The notes under the pieces were generated by a model. That model did not search any database and was not told where the DNA came from. It saw nothing but the letters and a program-made list of their open reading frames with translations. Both the position numbers and the translations under genes were made by a program. Shown here in pieces: positions 1 to 10,173 of a stretch of DNA of 61,238 nt (its first letter is position 1; each line of letters opens with the position of its first letter). The DNA is from Limisphaerales bacterium (GTDB lineage Bacteria; Verrucomicrobiota; Verrucomicrobiia; Limisphaerales; JAJOIW01). Location of the stretch: the NCBI GenBank assembly GCA_965657355.1, contig CBFHOE010000004.1:246055-307292 (forward strand), read 5' to 3'.

Positions 1-9
1 AGAATACCT

Positions 10-447
10 ATGTTAAACCCATTTGCAGACGTTCAGTGGAAGCCCGATACTAAAGAAATTAAAAGTTTCGGCAGGGTCCTAGTTATTGGAGGGATCTCGC
101 TTACTGCATTATTTTGGGGCTTGAAATTTGGTTTGGAAAAATCATTTCTCCCGGACTTTCTGCATTTTTTGTTTGAAGGAATTATACTTGCTGGGGTCCT
201 CTCATATATAATACCTATTTTAGGTCGCCCTCTATATTATGTTTGGTATTTTATTGCTTGCTGTATTGGTTTTGTCATTTCAAATCTTGTCATGGGGATA
301 TTTTACTATGTCATTTTGAGTCTTTTTGGATGTGCTTTAAGAATGAGAAAAACGGATCCTTTAAGAATCTCGAAACCAAATATTAAAACTAACTGGTTGG
401 ACGCTAAAAAAGACCTTCCTTTAAAGTCTTATTATCGCCAATCTTGA
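10..447 (+). CDS. SxtJ-like membrane protein (carbamoyltransferase-cluster associated)
   Basis: 145 aa, 3-4 hydrophobic segments; 'KEIKSFG' N-terminus, 'IGFVISNLVMGIFYYVIL..FG...R...DPL' and 'YRQ' C-terminus resemble the SxtJ family; followed by a DUF5989/SxtK-like gene. Confidence 0.75.
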   Translation: MLNPFADVQWKPDTKEIKSFGRVLVIGGISLTALFWGLKFGLEKSFLPDFLHFLFEGIILAGVLSYIIPILGRPLYYVWYFIACCIGFVISNLVMGIFYYVILSLFGCALRMRKTDPLRISKPNIKTNWLDAKKDLPLKSYYRQS

Positions 448-486
448 TGAATTCCCAAATATTTAACTAATCGAAAAATACTATTT

Positions 487-684
487 ATGGACGAAGAAAA
501 TTCCAAAAAATCAGAATTTGAAAGTGAGGCATCTGAAAAAGGAATCGTAGGCGAATTCGCCGAATTTTTAAAAGAGTCGGGTAAGTTTTGGCTCATTCCT
601 CTGCTGTGCATTTTGGGCCTTATTGGAATTCTCGTTGTCCTTGGGCAGACAGGAGCGGCACCATTCATCTATACTTTATTTTGA
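487..684 (+). CDS. DUF5989 / SxtK-like small membrane protein
   Basis: 65 aa; 'EFAEFLKESGKFWLIPL...GAAPFIYTLF' is the characteristic KxWLxP...APFIYTLF signature. Confidence 0.85.
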   Translation: MDEENSKKSEFESEASEKGIVGEFAEFLKESGKFWLIPLLCILGLIGILVVLGQTGAAPFIYTLF

Positions 685-722
685 TCCGGGGGATACCCAG
701 ACATCACCTTTTTTAATTTAAA

Positions 723-1871
723 GTGGCCCTGTCTAAAAAGAAAAAGCTGATTTTCACCCTGGTTTTATTTGGGATAATTGTGGTTGTCCCATTGGTTCTA
801 GTGGAAGTCTTATTGAATGCCATCGACAAGCCAAAACCAGCCACAATGGGCTGGAGGTTTTCTGGCTTTAACAGCGAGAAAAATCAACTAGGATTTCGCG
901 GTCAGAAAATAGAATACTCAGATGATGACAAAGTCGTTGTCTTATTAGGTGATTCACAAGTCGAAGGGTGGGGAAGTGCTTATGAATGGATGCCGGAAAG
1001 AAGACTGCAAGCTTACTTGCATCGTCTTACAGGTGAAAACGTAAAGGTTTTCACTATTGGTGCTGCTGGATATGGCTACGATCAAGAACTTTTGGCCTTA
1101 AAAGAATATCTTGAAGTTCATAGAGCCGACATGGTTATCCTCTGGCAAACTTTAGTGAATGATGTCTGGAATAATTTATTCCCTACTCATCAGCCGTGGA
1201 ATGGCACCCCAAAACCAACATACTGGATTGAAGATGGGGAATTAGCTGGACCCACTGGCCAAATCGGAGACCCGCTTATGCTAAGTAGTTCTCGAATAGG
1301 TACTCTGATACATAGAGCAACCGGCGGCAAAAATACTCTCGATACCCAGTGGTCGCGCAACATTTTACCTGAGCCATATACTCCAATGGATTCCTATGAA
1401 GGGGAAGTGCGAATGGAGTGGCAGGAAGCATGGGATAGAAAAGAGATGGGCTTCCTCGTTGATAATTTTGATGAGGATAAAAATCACTTTTGCCTTTTTC
1501 TTGTTCCTCGGAGCCCTCGGGTTTCCTATGGAATCGAATTATCCCGACTACTAATGTCTAAAATGCAAAAAGCTGTGGAAAAGCAAAATGGGGCCTTTGT
1601 GACCTTCTCAGCTAGTCGGTTCGATGAAGTTGTTCAAGGAAAGCCGGGGGAGGAAAGGGTTTATCAATTAAACGGCAAATTTTACAAAACGAGTCTAGAT
1701 CAGGCATTGAAATCGTTAGCAGACATTAATGAGGGATTCGAGTTTCTCAACTTACCTGTAAGAGAAAAAGTATGGCGTATGGGCCCTGAGGATGCGCATC
1801 TCAATCAGCATGCTGTCGATCTTATGATGAAAGATTTAGCCAAGGCCGTGCAGCCAATTTTATTAAAATAA
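723..1871 (+). CDS. SGNH/GDSL-type hydrolase with N-terminal membrane anchor
   Basis: N-terminal TM helix; NQLGFRG, LGDS (block I), GAAGYG, VND, DAHLN (DxH); GTG start. Confidence 0.8.
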   Translation: MALSKKKKLIFTLVLFGIIVVVPLVLVEVLLNAIDKPKPATMGWRFSGFNSEKNQLGFRGQKIEYSDDDKVVVLLGDSQVEGWGSAYEWMPERRLQAYLHRLTGENVKVFTIGAAGYGYDQELLALKEYLEVHRADMVILWQTLVNDVWNNLFPTHQPWNGTPKPTYWIEDGELAGPTGQIGDPLMLSSSRIGTLIHRATGGKNTLDTQWSRNILPEPYTPMDSYEGEVRMEWQEAWDRKEMGFLVDNFDEDKNHFCLFLVPRSPRVSYGIELSRLLMSKMQKAVEKQNGAFVTFSASRFDEVVQGKPGEERVYQLNGKFYKTSLDQALKSLADINEGFEFLNLPVREKVWRMGPEDAHLNQHAVDLMMKDLAKAVQPILLK

Positions 1872-2198
1872 AGGATCTCTTTTTTCTCCCATGACATCAG
1901 CTGCATTTAAAAGGCCCTCTTATCTATATGCCGTTTTATATAGAGGTTTCAGTTTTTATTATTCATGAGAGGGGTTGCCACTCGATCCTGATTCGTCAGA
2001 GACATATTTGCTTTATTCTTTATTCCTTTTAGTGGTTCGGTTGTGCGCTGTTGTACTCGATATGTTCCGTATTTTCCTGTCCTATGTCATCTCAACAACT
2101 CTTAATGGCGGCATTGTAGAGTGCAAAATAGATCGGGTTTTCACTTAATAAAGTCAGCAGTATTTAAACAGAGGTTTATTCAAAATATAAACTTAGCC

Positions 2199-3332
2199 TT
2201 ACAAGAGCTTATTTGGGTCGAGGATCACATGTTTAATACCGATTCGTCGCCAAGTGTATGTAATATGAACAAGCCCATCATCTGATTGTATGACTGCTGG
2301 GTAAGAATAACCGGCTCTATTATCCTGTTGCTCCAATGTCATAACCGTCTTCCACTTTTTTCCATCTCTCGATAAGGCGACGTTAATGATTTGTCTGCCA
2401 TTTTTACCTAATGTTCTCCATGAATGGTTATAAACCAATAGTTGATTCCCATCGTCTAATGTGACAGCGTCAGCACCAGCATTTGGATTAGGAAGATTAC
2501 TGGACGATAATTTTGACCATGTTCTTCCTTTATCTTGTGACCAACTTTGTGCGAGTACTTTCTCCTTCGTGCGGCATAATATCTGTAATGCGCCGTTTTT
2601 GTGTTTCATGATCGTTGGTTGAATCGCATTAAACGCCGAGCCATTATTAATTGGTGGTATTAATTCCCAAGTTTTTCCCAAATCCTTGGTAATTTCAAAA
2701 TGCACTCTCCATTTGTCATGCTCAGAACTGCTTGGACATAAAATTGATCCATCAGCTAATTGGATTGGTTTGCTTCTCACTGGTCCGATAAGATTTATGT
2801 TTGGCTGCCCTAATTCTTTTTTAGTTCCAAGCCTGCCATGAAGTTCCCACGTCTTTCCGCCATCCTCAGAAGTGGCAAGAGCACCCCACCACATGCTCGG
2901 AGAAGGCCCGACTTTATAGAATAGCATCAAAGGACCATTTTCGGGTTGAAAGAGAACCGGGTTCCAGCATGGGTATTCCTTATCTTCATTCTCGCTCCCA
3001 TCTGCAATTTCAATTGATGGCAACCATTTGTGCCCATTAAAGCGCGCCACACGAATGGCGACATCCTGATCTCCCTCTTCAGTTCCAGCGAACCAGGCGG
3101 CAACGATACCGGTTGCAGTCTCTACGATAGTTGAGGCATGGCACTCAGGAGTTGGCCGGTTGGCAAGTTCATAAATTAGATTTCCAGATAAATAACCGGG
3201 AGTCGTCATAGTGGCAAGTGGGGGTAACTTGGCCTTTGATGGGTCGATCGCTGCCAATTCGCTTTTAGTTTGGCTTTGTAGTGATCCTATGGAATGAAAA
3301 ATGACGATTAGACAAAAATATAAAGTCTTCAT
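2199..3332 (-). CDS. Secreted BNR/Asp-box sialidase-like protein
   Basis: Signal peptide; Asp-boxes SEDGGKTW, TKDLGKTW, SQDKGRTW, SRDGKKW; HASTIVE, WNPVLF and C-terminal YSYP. Confidence 0.85.
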   Translation of the reverse strand: MKTLYFCLIVIFHSIGSLQSQTKSELAAIDPSKAKLPPLATMTTPGYLSGNLIYELANRPTPECHASTIVETATGIVAAWFAGTEEGDQDVAIRVARFNGHKWLPSIEIADGSENEDKEYPCWNPVLFQPENGPLMLFYKVGPSPSMWWGALATSEDGGKTWELHGRLGTKKELGQPNINLIGPVRSKPIQLADGSILCPSSSEHDKWRVHFEITKDLGKTWELIPPINNGSAFNAIQPTIMKHKNGALQILCRTKEKVLAQSWSQDKGRTWSKLSSSNLPNPNAGADAVTLDDGNQLLVYNHSWRTLGKNGRQIINVALSRDGKKWKTVMTLEQQDNRAGYSYPAVIQSDDGLVHITYTWRRIGIKHVILDPNKLL

Positions 3333-3701
3333 ATAGAGAGAATATGGTCCACTTTATATGTGAGAAAATCTATCTTGTCTATCCCACATAATAAAGACAT
3401 CCAAAAATAGGGGGGGCATTTTTTGAAAATTCATAGTTATAAATTTTGTTTTGGATCACCGAAATCCTCACTCAGCATGTGCTATCGACATTCTATTTTT
3501 TTATCTCGTTAAATGGCTTTATGCATTTTTAGGTAATTTTTTAAATTCTAAAAATGGAAGCGATCGGCTGCATGAATTTGGAGCATCACCGGGAACACTT
3601 ATGAATATGCGAGGGACTACGCTGTAATAAATATCTTCCTCAATAAAATATGATTTATAAATTGGGTTTCCACGATTTGGGAAAAATAATAGACTAATCA
3701 T

Positions 3702-4115
3702 ATGAGTCATCATGACCTAGAAGAAGGCTTGGAGCTAAAGTTAGATTTTACAAAACTGCGCAAGATCGCGACCGGACCCGAAGATGTCATACCTGCGGTT
3801 GCACAAGATGTGGATTCCGGAGAAGTCATTATTGTGGGGTATGTAAATGAACTAGCACTGAAAACGGCTTTTGAAGAAAAGAAAGCGACTTTTTGGTCAA
3901 CGAGTCGAAATGAGCTCTGGATTAAGGGAAAGACCTCTGGAGATTTTCTCGAATTAATAGAAGTCAGGGTAAATTGCGAGCAGAATAGCATCCTTTATCT
4001 GGTAAAGTTAGCAGGCAAAGGGTCTTGTCATACAAAAGATGAAAATGGCCTAACACGCCACGGTTGTTATTATAGAAAAGTAAACGCTGACGGCTCTCTG
4101 TCGTTTCGTCATTGA
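3702..4115 (+). CDS. hisI: Phosphoribosyl-AMP cyclohydrolase
   Basis: IPAVAQD, FWSTSRNELWIKGKTSG, Zn-ligand cysteines in NCEQN..GSCHT..GCYY. Confidence 0.9.
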   Translation: MSHHDLEEGLELKLDFTKLRKIATGPEDVIPAVAQDVDSGEVIIVGYVNELALKTAFEEKKATFWSTSRNELWIKGKTSGDFLELIEVRVNCEQNSILYLVKLAGKGSCHTKDENGLTRHGCYYRKVNADGSLSFRH

Positions 4116-4144
4116 TTTAATTTCCGCTGGTCTAGATTTTAGTT

Positions 4145-7100
4145 ATGAATTTTTGTCATAAAATTTTATTCAGGGTATTGCTTTCTGTATTTATATTTTT
4201 ACCTTCTGGCCGTGCTCAGAGCGTTCGTTTTTCGTTTCCAAAAGATTTAGAGGCACAGGAGTTTGCCCGAGATCCGATGCTTAAAAATCCAGTGGGTTTA
4301 AGTGTAGGTTTTGATGGAACAGTCTATGTCACAGAGACACAAAGACGTAAGGCTCAAAATCTGGATATCCGCTCTAACTCGGATTGGATTAACACAGAAT
4401 TATCATTTCAGACTGTAGCTTCCAAAAAAGCTTTCTATAAGAGGACTTTATCTCGTGAGAACTCAGATAAAAATAAGCGAAGAATCTCGGATCATAACAA
4501 GGACGGATATCATGACTGGCGAGATCTCATGGTGCTTTCAGAATTCGTGCATGCCATCAAAGATAGAGATGGAGATGGCATTGCAGATGAAGCGAAAGTT
4601 TTTGCTGGCGATTTTAAGACATCTGTTTCAGGGGTTGCCGGTGGTGTCTTTAGTTGGGGTGATGATGTCTATGTCAATGTTGCACCCCATGTTTGGAAAC
4701 TGAGAGATACCGACAATGATGGGGTATCAGACTGGCGTCAACCTTTAGCCTACGGTTTCGCAAACCACATAGCCTATGGTGGGCATAACACTCACGGAGT
4801 GACAGTAGGTCTCGATGGTAGGATTTACTGGTCGATTGGAGATACTTCATCCGACTACACTCCACATGAAGGAGCGGTCTTTCGCTGTGAGCCTGACGGT
4901 ACGAAGTTCGAGGTTTTTGCCCGAGGGTTGCGTAACCCACAGGAAATCGTTTTTGATGATTATGGAAACATGTTCACTGGAGATAATGATGCTGACTTTG
5001 GTGATCGCGAAAGATGGTATTATCTTGTTGAAGATGGTGATTACGGATGGCGATTTTGGTGGCAATATCAACGCGGCAGAAATTGGGCTGCTCCAGATTC
5101 GAATTATTCGGTCTGGATGGAGGAAAAATTGTGGCATGAAAGATTTGATGGCCAATCCGCATATATTATTCCTGCAATTAAACTCATAGATAATGGGCCG
5201 TGTGGAATGGCTGCCTATCCAGGTATCGGTATGCCAGAGAGATTTAAGAATTCGTTTTTGTTAGCTCACTTCACTGGGTCTCCATCGAATTCGGGTATCA
5301 GGCAATACAAAGTAGATTCAAAAGGGGCAGATTTTAATTTGACCGATGATTCAAAAATTATATCTGGCGCTGTAATTACTGGGGTGGATTTCGCACCAGA
5401 TGGGAGTGGGTTGTTTTTTGCTGACTGGTCAGGAAGCTGGCCTTTAAATACGCAAGGCAAAGTTTTTAAGGTTTCTCACCCTCAATTAAGTGCCTCCGAT
5501 GTCGTGATGCAGTCCCGAAAATTGCTTAATGGAGGGTTGGATTCTCTCAATCCAGATAAGCTGAAAGTATTTCTTGCTCATGAAAATAGAAATGTGAGGC
5601 GAGAGGCCCAATTTAAGCTAGCAAGGTCTGGCCGTGGTGGGCGCAAGGCATTGATGGATGTTTTGGAATCCAGTCAATCTCAGATCGCTCGAGTTCATGC
5701 TATTTGGGGCGTGGATATGATTGGCCGTAAAAATAAAAGTGCACTGCGGCCAATGGTAAGGTTTCTTAAGGATAAGGATTCCGAGATTCGATCACAGGTA
5801 GCAAAGTCTTTCGGAGATAATCGATATTTTGATGCCACTGATGAATTGAGGCAATTGCTGAGTGACGAAAAAGAAAGCTCAAGAACTCGTTACATGGCTG
5901 CAGTCGCTCTTGGAAAAATTGGGGACAAAAAAAGTTTAGACCATGTTCTTAGCATGTTGGAAAAAAATAAATCAAGTGATCTGATGCTGAGGCATGCTGG
6001 AATCTTTTTCTTAAAAGGGCTGAAGGACTATCGGGTAATCGCTGAATTGTCCGATCACCCTTCTGAGCACGTTCGTTTGGCTGCTGTCGTCGCCCTTCGA
6101 AAGATGGAAAACCCACACGTAGCCCGATTTCTGGGAGATGATAACCAATTGGTTGTGCTCGAGGCTGCAAGGGCAATTAACGATGTTCCATTAGAGCCGG
6201 CCAGATCCCATTTGGCTTCCCTTATTCATCCTTCCATGACTAATGAGGCTTTGTATAGAAGAGTCCTAAATGCTCACTTTAGGATCGGGAAACCAGAAAA
6301 CCTGGGGGCACTCATATCTTATGCGGCTGCTTCTGGAGCTCCTGAGAAAGGCAGGGTAGAGGCTTTGAGGATTTTGAACCATTGGACCACTGTTTCACCT
6401 AGGGATAGGGTATGCGGAGCTTGGTTTCCATTGGGCTACAATTCGGTGCCCGGGTCAAAACGTTCTAATCGTGATCTTAAGAGATTACTTACTGAAAAAT
6501 TGCCAAGTTTATTAGATAGCTCTGACATGGTAGCACTTGAAACAATTTCCTTGGTTGAACGACTAGATATTGAAGTTCATCCGAAAAAACTGAGTGAATG
6601 GATTTTAGATGACAATAAGTCATCTATATTGCGCTTATCTGGATTAAATTTATTAGCAAAAGTAGGTGGGGCGGAATTGTCTAAAGCGGTTAACGGCGTT
6701 CTATCGGATGAAGATCCTGAATTGAGGAGTCGCGCGCTCGTCTTATTATCGAAAAATAATAGAAGCGAGGCAGAGAAAATTTTATCTAAAATTTTACGTG
6801 GATCATCAATAAGACAAAAACAAACAGTCATAAGAGCTCTACCAGAACTCAATTCCAAATTTTCAAAAAATTCTATTTCTGAATTAGCCAAAAAAATGAA
6901 TGAAGGAGAGCTTGATTCACAAATTCTATTGGACACCTATCGAGCCTTAGAAAGAGCTAAAAACCCTTCACTAACAAAAATTGTTTCAAGCCTGACAAGT
7001 GGGAGTCCAGAAAAAATCTCGATGAATTTATACTCGGTTTTGGGTGAATCAGGTGGTAGCCCCGAATTGGGAAGGAAAGTTTTTGAGGAAAAAGTTGAAC

Positions 7101-7546
7101 TTGCCTGTTTGCGATGTCACCAAATCCCAGAAAAATCTAACTCCAAATCTTTTGTTGGGGGAACGATGGGGCCTAATCTCGCTGGCATTGGTGATAAGAA
7201 AATGGGTGGTGAAATTGCTGAGGCTATCCTTTATCCAAATAAAACTTTTGCTGAAGGATTTGAAATGGTGTCTATCACACTTTTAGATGACTCTATCAAA
7301 TATGGAAGAGTAATTGAAAAAAATGACTCCTACTGGATAATCGAGGAACCAGTTGTTGATACTTCTGGTATCGAAAGCGAATTTGAACTGGATGAGACTC
7401 AATCGGCTGAACCGGTGAGGCATCAGTTGTCTCATGAATCTATCAAAAGAGTTGATAAAGGAATTTCAGCGATGCCTCCGGGTTTGCATAGTTTGATGAC
7501 AATGGAGGAATTTAGAGACTTGGTAGCATTCCTAAAATCAATATAA
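4145..7546 (+). CDS. PVC-type membrane-bound dehydrogenase-like protein (beta-propeller + HEAT repeats + C-terminal haem c domain)
   Basis: Signal peptide; DRDGDGIADE, GLRNPQE, GDND glucose/sorbosone dehydrogenase-like propeller; HEAT-like helical repeats; CLRCH haem motif, GPNL, SAMPPGL. Confidence 0.88.
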   Translation: MNFCHKILFRVLLSVFIFLPSGRAQSVRFSFPKDLEAQEFARDPMLKNPVGLSVGFDGTVYVTETQRRKAQNLDIRSNSDWINTELSFQTVASKKAFYKRTLSRENSDKNKRRISDHNKDGYHDWRDLMVLSEFVHAIKDRDGDGIADEAKVFAGDFKTSVSGVAGGVFSWGDDVYVNVAPHVWKLRDTDNDGVSDWRQPLAYGFANHIAYGGHNTHGVTVGLDGRIYWSIGDTSSDYTPHEGAVFRCEPDGTKFEVFARGLRNPQEIVFDDYGNMFTGDNDADFGDRERWYYLVEDGDYGWRFWWQYQRGRNWAAPDSNYSVWMEEKLWHERFDGQSAYIIPAIKLIDNGPCGMAAYPGIGMPERFKNSFLLAHFTGSPSNSGIRQYKVDSKGADFNLTDDSKIISGAVITGVDFAPDGSGLFFADWSGSWPLNTQGKVFKVSHPQLSASDVVMQSRKLLNGGLDSLNPDKLKVFLAHENRNVRREAQFKLARSGRGGRKALMDVLESSQSQIARVHAIWGVDMIGRKNKSALRPMVRFLKDKDSEIRSQVAKSFGDNRYFDATDELRQLLSDEKESSRTRYMAAVALGKIGDKKSLDHVLSMLEKNKSSDLMLRHAGIFFLKGLKDYRVIAELSDHPSEHVRLAAVVALRKMENPHVARFLGDDNQLVVLEAARAINDVPLEPARSHLASLIHPSMTNEALYRRVLNAHFRIGKPENLGALISYAAASGAPEKGRVEALRILNHWTTVSPRDRVCGAWFPLGYNSVPGSKRSNRDLKRLLTEKLPSLLDSSDMVALETISLVERLDIEVHPKKLSEWILDDNKSSILRLSGLNLLAKVGGAELSKAVNGVLSDEDPELRSRALVLLSKNNRSEAEKILSKILRGSSIRQKQTVIRALPELNSKFSKNSISELAKKMNEGELDSQILLDTYRALERAKNPSLTKIVSSLTSGSPEKISMNLYSVLGESGGSPELGRKVFEEKVELACLRCHQIPEKSNSKSFVGGTMGPNLAGIGDKKMGGEIAEAILYPNKTFAEGFEMVSITLLDDSIKYGRVIEKNDSYWIIEEPVVDTSGIESEFELDETQSAEPVRHQLSHESIKRVDKGISAMPPGLHSLMTMEEFRDLVAFLKSI

Positions 7547-7551
7547 GAATT

Positions 7552-8733
7552 TTATACTGATTTACTCCGAGCCCATGTCACTTGGTCTCCCGGTTTTTCT
7601 TTAGGATTAATCTGGTTGATTTTGAATTTTTCATTTGGATTTGTTTCACCATCAAGCAACCGGATTGCCTCAGAGGCAATCGCTGGTGAATTTTTAAAGG
7701 CATGCCCATTGCCGGCACCGACAACAATGGCATTGGAATGACCTGGTAGTAAATCTATTATATAGTTACCCGCAACTGAATTTGAGTATTGGCAAACTTT
7801 ACCACACAGTAAGGGAGCATTCTTTAAAGCAGGAAATCTTGATTTTAATAAGCTCCTGCATGATTCAATGGTTGCTTGGCTCAGCTGTCTATCTTCGTCG
7901 GACGGGGAAAATAAAGCTCCCCTAGAATCATCCGCAATTTTAAAGCCTGTTGATTTTGATCCAGGTATGCCGTAATGAATTTTATCACCGAAATTTATCC
8001 AAACTGGCAAATGCTTATTCGTATAATGATTTCCGGTTTCTGGGTGAGAAAAATAAAGAACTTCTTGTCGAGTCACAGAGGTAACCTGATATCCCAGAAT
8101 TTGCTGCGTAATATCGTTTAACCAAGGACCACATGATAGGACTAATTCATCACAATTTATCCTGTTTTTGCAGCTGGTTTCCACGGATGATATCTTATTT
8201 CCGGTGGTATTAAAATTGGTGACTTTTCCCTCTAAGTAAGACCCGCCAGAAGATAGGAAAATTTTATAAAGTTCTTTAGCTGCAGAGGAAGCATTGATAT
8301 ACCCGGCTTTTTCCTCGATGTACAGATTGGATACGCCTTGGAAATTTATTTGGGGATAAAGTTTGTTAGCTTCTTCATTTGAAATTGCATAACAATTCAT
8401 CCCATATTTCTTTGATACAGGGATTGAATTTTTTGCGTAATCTGGAGAATTCCCATCTTCTATCATCCATAATGCTTTCGTGTTATTAAAAATGGAATCT
8501 CTTGATATTGATTCGAGCCATTCCCAATCAGCAAAACTCTTTGCGACCATTGAGGCATAAACATCATCCCCTCCGTAGAAGCTCCTTATGACTCGATTCC
8601 TGTCAGAGGAGGAACCTAAAGTATTTCCAACCCCGTAAGTATCAATGATAGTGACCTCACGGCCGCTCTGCTTTCTTTTAAGAGCCGTCCAAAGCCCTAT
8701 GATGCCCCCTCCAACAACAATTGTTTGACCCAT
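7552..8733 (-). CDS. FAD-dependent amine oxidase, monomeric sarcosine oxidase/SolA-like
   Basis: VVGGGIIG dinucleotide motif, GSS...RVIR, CGPW, CQYS (position of the covalent-FAD Cys), GHAFK. Confidence 0.8.
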   Translation of the reverse strand: MGQTIVVGGGIIGLWTALKRKQSGREVTIIDTYGVGNTLGSSSDRNRVIRSFYGGDDVYASMVAKSFADWEWLESISRDSIFNNTKALWMIEDGNSPDYAKNSIPVSKKYGMNCYAISNEEANKLYPQINFQGVSNLYIEEKAGYINASSAAKELYKIFLSSGGSYLEGKVTNFNTTGNKISSVETSCKNRINCDELVLSCGPWLNDITQQILGYQVTSVTRQEVLYFSHPETGNHYTNKHLPVWINFGDKIHYGIPGSKSTGFKIADDSRGALFSPSDEDRQLSQATIESCRSLLKSRFPALKNAPLLCGKVCQYSNSVAGNYIIDLLPGHSNAIVVGAGNGHAFKNSPAIASEAIRLLDGETNPNEKFKINQINPKEKPGDQVTWARSKSV

Positions 8734-10166
8734 TATCCAAAAATGTTTTTTACAATAGTTCCGTGAACATCAGTTAGTCGAAAATCACGGCTAGCATATC
8801 TATATGTAAGGTTTTCATGGTCGATACCCATGAGATGAAGGACTGTTGCTTGGAGGTCGTGAATGTGCACAGGGTTATCCGCTGCCTGAAAACCAAACTC
8901 ATCCGTTGTGCCATAAGTCATACCACCTTTAATTCCGCCTCCGGCAAGAATAAATGAAAAACCATGGTGGTTGTGATCTCTCCCTTGTTTGTCATCCCCT
9001 TTATTAGTTTGTTCGATGGTGGGTGTGCGACCAAATTCGCCACCCATCATTATTAGCGTATCCTCAAATAAACCTCGCTCTTTGAGGTCGGTAATTAATG
9101 CGGCGATACCTTGAGCGCATTCACCAGCTAGTTTTCTGTGATTCTTTTCTATTTCATCATGGTTGTCCCATGGTTGCCATTTGCCATGCCATGCCTGTAT
9201 AAAACGAACTCCTCTCTCTGCCAATCTGCGTGATATGAGCAGTTGCTTGGATTGTACTGTGTTGCCATATCTTTTTTGTATGTATTGTGGCTCCTTTGAA
9301 ATGTCAAAGGCCTCGGAGGCTTCCATTTGCATTTTGAACGCTTGCTCGTAACTCATGATGCGTGCCTCTAGTGCCGGATCATGACCAACTTTGTTGAGGT
9401 GTGAGTTATTTAATGACTGTAAAAAGCTGAGTTGCCTTTTTTGCTGATCACGGTTGCGGACAGGATTTTTTATATTTTGAATAAGTTTTGTCACATCCTC
9501 GTAGTGACTTGTATCCACGTATGTCCCCTCGTATATTCCCGGCAAAAATGAGGATCTCCAATTATCCGGCCCCTTTACTGGATGCCCTCCAGGGCACATG
9601 GCTATAAAACCCGGTAGGTTTTCGTTTTCTGAACCAAGGCCATATGTTAACCAAGAACCCATTGAAGGTCTGGACAATGTGTTATCGCCACAATTTAGAA
9701 GCATCAGCGACGGTTCGTGGTTTGGCACGTCAGCGTGCATAGACCTGATGATGCACAAATCATCTGCATGTTCACCAAGCGGCTCGAAAATTTCACTTAT
9801 GGGTATTCCTGACTGTCCGTAATTTTTAAATTCAAACGGTGTTCCAAAACCTGTGCCAGTGGGTCTTTCTGTTACTAGATTAGGGCTTTTTAATTTTTTT
9901 CCATGATACTTTGTGAGTTCAGGTTTGGGGTCGAATGAGTCAACATGAGATAATCCTCCATTGAAGAAAATATGGATGATGCGTTTAGCCTTTGGCTGAA
10001 AATGCGGGAGTTTCGGTCGTAATGGGTTATTGAGGCTAGCCCCTAATAAATTATCAGAATTTAAAGCTCCTAATCCAAGGGAAGCCATACCCATTCCGGC
10101 GCGAGATAAAAATTCTCGTCTTGAGAAAAAATAACTCGAGGTATTTTTACATTCATTATTTTTCAT
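8733..10166 (-). CDS. DUF1501 domain protein (Tat-exported)
   Basis: SRREFL twin-arginine signal; PKAKRIIHIFFNGGLSHVDSFDPKP, GEFGRTP, GRDHNHHG; ATG at 10166 preferred (ORF open to 10196). Confidence 0.93.
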   Translation of the reverse strand: MKNNECKNTSSYFFSRREFLSRAGMGMASLGLGALNSDNLLGASLNNPLRPKLPHFQPKAKRIIHIFFNGGLSHVDSFDPKPELTKYHGKKLKSPNLVTERPTGTGFGTPFEFKNYGQSGIPISEIFEPLGEHADDLCIIRSMHADVPNHEPSLMLLNCGDNTLSRPSMGSWLTYGLGSENENLPGFIAMCPGGHPVKGPDNWRSSFLPGIYEGTYVDTSHYEDVTKLIQNIKNPVRNRDQQKRQLSFLQSLNNSHLNKVGHDPALEARIMSYEQAFKMQMEASEAFDISKEPQYIQKRYGNTVQSKQLLISRRLAERGVRFIQAWHGKWQPWDNHDEIEKNHRKLAGECAQGIAALITDLKERGLFEDTLIMMGGEFGRTPTIEQTNKGDDKQGRDHNHHGFSFILAGGGIKGGMTYGTTDEFGFQAADNPVHIHDLQATVLHLMGIDHENLTYRYASRDFRLTDVHGTIVKNIFG

Positions 10167-10173
10167 GAGAGTC

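Noticed and set aside
10..684. Saxitoxin biosynthesis
   Set aside because: SxtJ/SxtK-like genes are widespread and no core sxt genes (sxtA, sxtG etc.) are in the window
1891..2148. Plus-strand frame of about 85 codons broken by one TGA (possible recoding or pseudogene)
   Set aside because: No recognisable family, TGA is a normal stop in neighbouring genes, and no SECIS-like hairpin is evident; probably chance
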